DNA of 52,965 bases, the filler included, from Basidioascus undulatus (Eukaryota): assembly GCA_000826855.1 (NCBI GenBank). It is 4 parts of 4 records of this genome, joined end to end, with 100 filler letters (N's around TTAATTAATTAA, not from the genome) between each part and the next. Parts side by side here need not be neighbours in the genome. Positions count along the whole stretch, not along the records: positions 39,811 to 52,965 come from JTLS01000837.1; 3 more parts are not named here. One strand, written 5' to 3'. The position numbers were made by a program, and so were the translations under genes. Below, piece by piece: positions 48,901 to 52,965 of this stretch (positions are counted from its first letter, which is position 1; every line of letters starts with the position of its first letter). The notes under the pieces are model-generated. The model worked only from the letters and a program-made list of their open reading frames with translations, was not told the DNA's origin and did no database searches.

Positions 48901-50005
48901 GCCGGGAAGCGCGGGCCGAAGTCCCCGGGCAGGGAGGTGAGTGCGGAGGGAGGGAGGAAGGGGACGAGGAAGTCGGGCGGGTCGACTGTGTGTCTGGGAG
49001 GAGAAGAAAGAGGCTCAGCATGGAGGACTAAGAGTAGAAGATGGAGGAAGAAGGGTAGAAGAGGGAGGACATCAGTACCGAATCCATGCTGGACGTTTTC
49101 GGCGGGATGGATCGAAGGAGGGAAAGTCGGAGGTGAAGGACGTGCGCCTTTGCCCGTTCGGGAGGACAAGGCACTCTCCGTCCTCGGTGTAGTCCTCCGC
49201 GCTGGGGGGGAACGAGCACTCGCGCTTGGCGACCTGGCATCGTCTGCAGACGGGTCTTTGCTCGTCGCACTGCCCCACACCGCACCTCAGCACCACGGCC
49301 TGACCATCCCTGCCCCAAAAGACAAGGCGCACCTTGATCTTCCGACTCCGACAGGTATAGCACCCCTTCCTGCTCCTCCGATGCTTGACCTTGATCTCGC
49401 CCTCCCCGTCGCGCTCCTCCCCGTCCTCCTCCGGCTCCGGCGCCGGCCGCTTCGGGTGCGAGTACGGCGGCCGCAGCTGCGACGTGGACGCCACCGGCGC
49501 AGCAGGGGCAGAGGGCTGGGGAAAGTACGCCATCCCGCTCGCGGCGGCGGCCTGCGCGAGCGCGGCGTGGTCGTAGGTCAGCTGCGGGGGCTGCGCGGCC
49601 GGCGGGCTGAGCGTCGGGTGCGAGGCGCGCTCGTACCCTGTCGAGGGGAGCGCGGAGGCGGGGTTGCGCTCGAGGCGTCTGGAAAACCCATCATCGTCTG
49701 AGTGGTGTCCCAGCGTGCGGTGAGAGGAGGAAAGCCATACGCACTCTGCGTTCGCCTGCCTTAGCTGCAGGTATTCCCCAAACGCGCGCACATCGTCCGA
49801 CGTCCAGGTACGGCCATCCAGGCCTAATCCCCCGCCAGCCCGACCATAGTCAGCGCTCCGGCCAGAGAGGCCTAAGCCCAGCACGGGCGAAGAGAGAAGA
49901 GGCAGACCCACCGGCAGCGACTGCTGCAGCAGCGAGCTCGGGCGGGAGAGGGAGGGTGGAAGCGGGCGGGGGTATGGCTGATCGTGGCGAAGGGGGTGGG
50001 TCCAT
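45977..50005 (-). CDS. Zn(II)2Cys6 transcription factor with C-terminal fungal-specific TF domain, multi-exon
   Basis: RSRKGCYTCRSRKIK|CDEQRPVCRRCQVAKREC; LVHHYLT; VNPW..HAPLAF; ALRTGLLSVSAVHL; VWLTWPVLIA; ends MGLDVLLV*. Probable start MDPPPSP at 50005. Confidence 0.9.
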
Positions 50006-50804
50006 GATGGGTATATGGTGATTCAGGCTGCTATGGGCATGTCGATGGGGAGAACGAAGGGATCAACGGCGAGGATGAGGAGTCGGGCGACGAGCACGAC
50101 ATATCGGCACGGTGTGGCGGGGACACTCGCGAAAGCCGCACGTGGCTTTAACTTACGTAAGAGCGGACACGTAAGCTGCGGACAGTCGCTGTTGAGCAAG
50201 TAGACAAGTTGCACAATCTGTGCTTATGGAAACTGCCAACCCGCCAAGTAGATCTGCAGATAAATGGAAGGTTCTTCCGCTGTCGAACTGTGTGGGCTAA
50301 GTTGCTTATGTGGGTTGAGTCCGAGACGTGCACGAGGCTTTCCATGGACGCTCCGAGGTGCTCGAGCTATCATGGTAGGTCTCGGAAGACTTTCGCCGGC
50401 AGTGAGTATATGAAGCAAGTATTCGACTGCAACTACAGAGGGAGAGATGAGACAGAGTGAGAAAGAGCCACACAGAGCAACTTAGGCGGAGGTTCCCCAT
50501 GCGTCCTCTGAACCTCAACGTGCACATCTCACCTCTCTTTTCGAAGGTTCACTATCAATCTTCGTTATCAAAAGCATAATGTTTTAACTCACAGTAAATT
50601 TCGTCGTTGAGGGTGTAGCTGAGTCTGGTCAAGGTCGTCGATGCACGCTGGCGAAGCGGATGCAATCTAGGACTGTGCCGCAGAGCACAAGCCTGGACAA
50701 GGCGTGGAAGAACTTCCGCAAGCAGCGGCAGCAAGCTAGGCAGGTGAAAAGCACAGTAGGGTCTTCTGACACGCAATCTCCCAAGGCTCCCTGCGCCGAG
50801 AAAC

Positions 50805-51927
50805 ATGGAGAGTCATCCCAGGTCCGCAGTCCTGCCCGACGACATCCGCAAAAGCCTCCCTCCTCCCACGTCTCGGCATAGTTCTTTACCTATTTACCAC
50901 CCCAACCATCTGCCCACAATCCCTCCAATTCTACATCCTCAATCCAAGTCCTCTCCCACCTGCGGGCAGCTCTCGCAGCCGTTCGACGCCGGCAGTCCCT
51001 CATTCGCCACCCACGCCGCGCTCGCTGCGCTGACGAGCACCGACATGCGCGATCTGTCGCTGTCTGTCCTGTGGTAATATGTGCAGGTTGGGTAGGCGGA
51101 CACCCCAGCTTCGGAAAGGAGTGCTGGCTTGACGGAGGAGCGGAGTCACGAGGCGAAAAACTCCAAGGCTTCGCGGACGGTCTATGCTTCCAAAGAGAGC
51201 ATGTGGGCGATGACGGAATAGGAGGATTGCATTTATACCAAGTATGTCTCTTCCCTAGAAATTTGATTCCCGCAAGGTGAACGCAGAGCGCTGACCGTTC
51301 TCCCGGTCGTTGCTCGCTCAGACACATCGAGCTTCACCTTCCCCCAAGCCAGCACCTCGAGATCAGCTCGCTCCTCAACCTCATCACATCCACCCCGAAC
51401 ATGCACACCTTCTCTCTCCTCGTCTCAGGGGACTTCGACGAGGTGCGCCCCGTCCGACCGGGCAAATGCGGCACGCACCTGCCCAAAGCGCTGCCGTTAA
51501 TTCTATGCGTGCCCATGCCTCACGCATATCTACACCCGCGCGCGCAGCACATTTATATTCGGCGGGGTGGTTGTGCTGGGCGTGGCGCGTGCGGGACTGG
51601 GAAGGCGGGTGTGTGCGTCCCCGTTGGGTCGTTTGCGGGTGGGAGCTTTGATGTGGAGTGCGCGAGCTCAGGATCGAGGGGCTCTTGCACACGGAGTACA
51701 GCGACGCCCTGGAGCTCCTGTGGTCGTTCCTCGATCTTGGTGAGGACTGGGTCGACCCCCAGGAGCAAATTGACCTGGTGCGTACAGGTCAAGGGACGGC
51801 AGTGACGGAGCAGAATGACGGAGCACGGCTGTTGCGTCGGGCCACGCAAGGTAGGGTCTGTGGACGCCCAGCGGGCTATGAAGATTCGTTGCGTTCTCTG
51901 TCGACATATTACCGTCCGGGTTTCTAA
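50805..51927 (+). pseudogene. Possible degenerate F-box-like gene
   Basis: AVLPDDI..HAALAALTSTDMRDLSLSVLW*YV resembles a basidiomycete F-box end, and RELRIEGL..LLWSFLDL lies downstream. Stops and frameshifts throughout. Confidence 0.3.
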
Positions 51928-52517
51928 GGAAGGATAAGCAAATGTGGATCAAGGCCTGGCAGGCGCTCAGGTGAACGGCTGCGCCAGTGCGCGTCGCCCT
52001 ACGAACTCAAAACTCCTAACGTAGTTGACTTTTTCTTATCCTCTATGCAGCAAACGGGCAGGTTTGGCACTGCCATACCGTGATCGTGCCGAGGCGGCCA
52101 GCGATTCTTCCTAGACTTTCACGCAGGCATCTGCTGATTGAACATCAACCAAGCTAGCGCGGCCTTCCTCTTCAAGCAACTATCTCATCTTCATCATTTA
52201 ACTCCTTCTTCTTCTTCACCCCGATCGAAGATGGAAACACAAAACGCGAGCTGGGAGAGCTAATGAGCGGGGAATGCGCGATGGTGGGGGCTGTGTGTTG
52301 TGTTGAAGTGTGCCTAAAAACAAGCAGACAAACGACGAACGAAGAGCCATACGGAACGCAAGAAGCGGAGGCACGAAGCGAAGGCACGAAATAGGTGATG
52401 CGATTGCGAGAGCAAAGAGCGGGGATGGGGACAACAAATAAGAAGCGAACGCATAGAACCAACTACTGCGACAGCGAAAACAGAAGTACGAAAGGCATGC
52501 TAGTGAAACGCCGCGTC

Positions 52518-52965
52518 CTACGACGTCTCCTCCCTCTTCCCGCGGAGCCATCCCGTCACATTACACCCACCACACGCGCCGGGCGCGCTGCTACGCCTAA
52601 CGATAGGCGGAGGCGGCGCCTCCTCCCCGCTGCGGACGGACAGTGTGCGCATCGCGTTCTCGAGCGCCTGCTCAGCCGTGTCAACGACGCGGAGCTCGGC
52701 GCGGCGGTCGAGGAGCGCTGCGAGGCGGTCTGCGGGTGCGGCACGGACGGCGTCGGCCATGGACGCGCAGAGCTTGGAGAGGAGCGTGGAGGTTGCGAGG
52801 GCGGCGACGGTGGGAAGGTGGGGGGGCTCCGGCGTGAGGGCGACGGCGGAAGGGGAGGAGGGGGATGTGGATTTGCCGGAGAGGATGTCGGAGAGGGATG
52901 GGGGGGTAAGAGCGGTAGGAGAAAGCAGACGTGTTCTAAAGGAAGTCGACCCACTACGAAACCTT
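52518..52965 (-). CDS. 3' end of a hypothetical protein (5'-partial)
   Basis: GC3-rich open frame DILSGKSTSPSSP..LLSKLCASMADAVRAAPADRLAALLDRRAELRVVDTAEQALENAMRTL..EETS*, probably preceded by an intron at the window edge. Confidence 0.55.
   Translation of the reverse strand, partial: RFRSGSTSFRTRLLSPTALTPPSLSDILSGKSTSPSSPSAVALTPEPPHLPTVAALATSTLLSKLCASMADAVRAAPADRLAALLDRRAELRVVDTAEQALENAMRTLSVRSGEEAPPPPIVRRSSAPGACGGCNVTGWLRGKREETS

Overview
Eukaryotic, intron-rich fungal DNA, very probably from a basidiomycete (GC-rich exons, short GT..AG introns with GTGCGT/GTGAGT donors, basidiomycete-like protein sequences). The window is four contigs joined by three artificial 100-nt N-TTAATTAATTAA-N linkers, so adjacency across those gaps is unproven. 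Apparently intact genes: Hcs1/IGHMBP2 helicase, Rrp9, a GT17 glycosyltransferase, class II HDAC Hda1/Clr3, YjbQ/UPF0047, a MAPEG protein, Vps74/GOLPH3 and a Zn2Cys6 transcription factor. Between them lies an unusually dense set of broken genes: an FAD oxidoreductase pseudogene, up to four decayed F-box-like genes, a decayed tRNA-Gln, a divergent non-centromeric histone H3 with an 18-aa longer tail and no ARKS/K27 motif, a fatty acid synthase cut off and joined to a 5'-truncated tubulin cofactor C gene, a 5'-truncated WrbA/Ycp4-like gene, an orphan gene 5' end, and a dsRBD-like gene frameshifted by a 10-bp duplication. The main signal is therefore gene decay (a redundant subgenome or haplotype, or assembly error) plus a candidate new H3 variant. 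I found no clearly new multi-gene system. All gene calls come from motif recognition by eye and exon boundaries are approximate.
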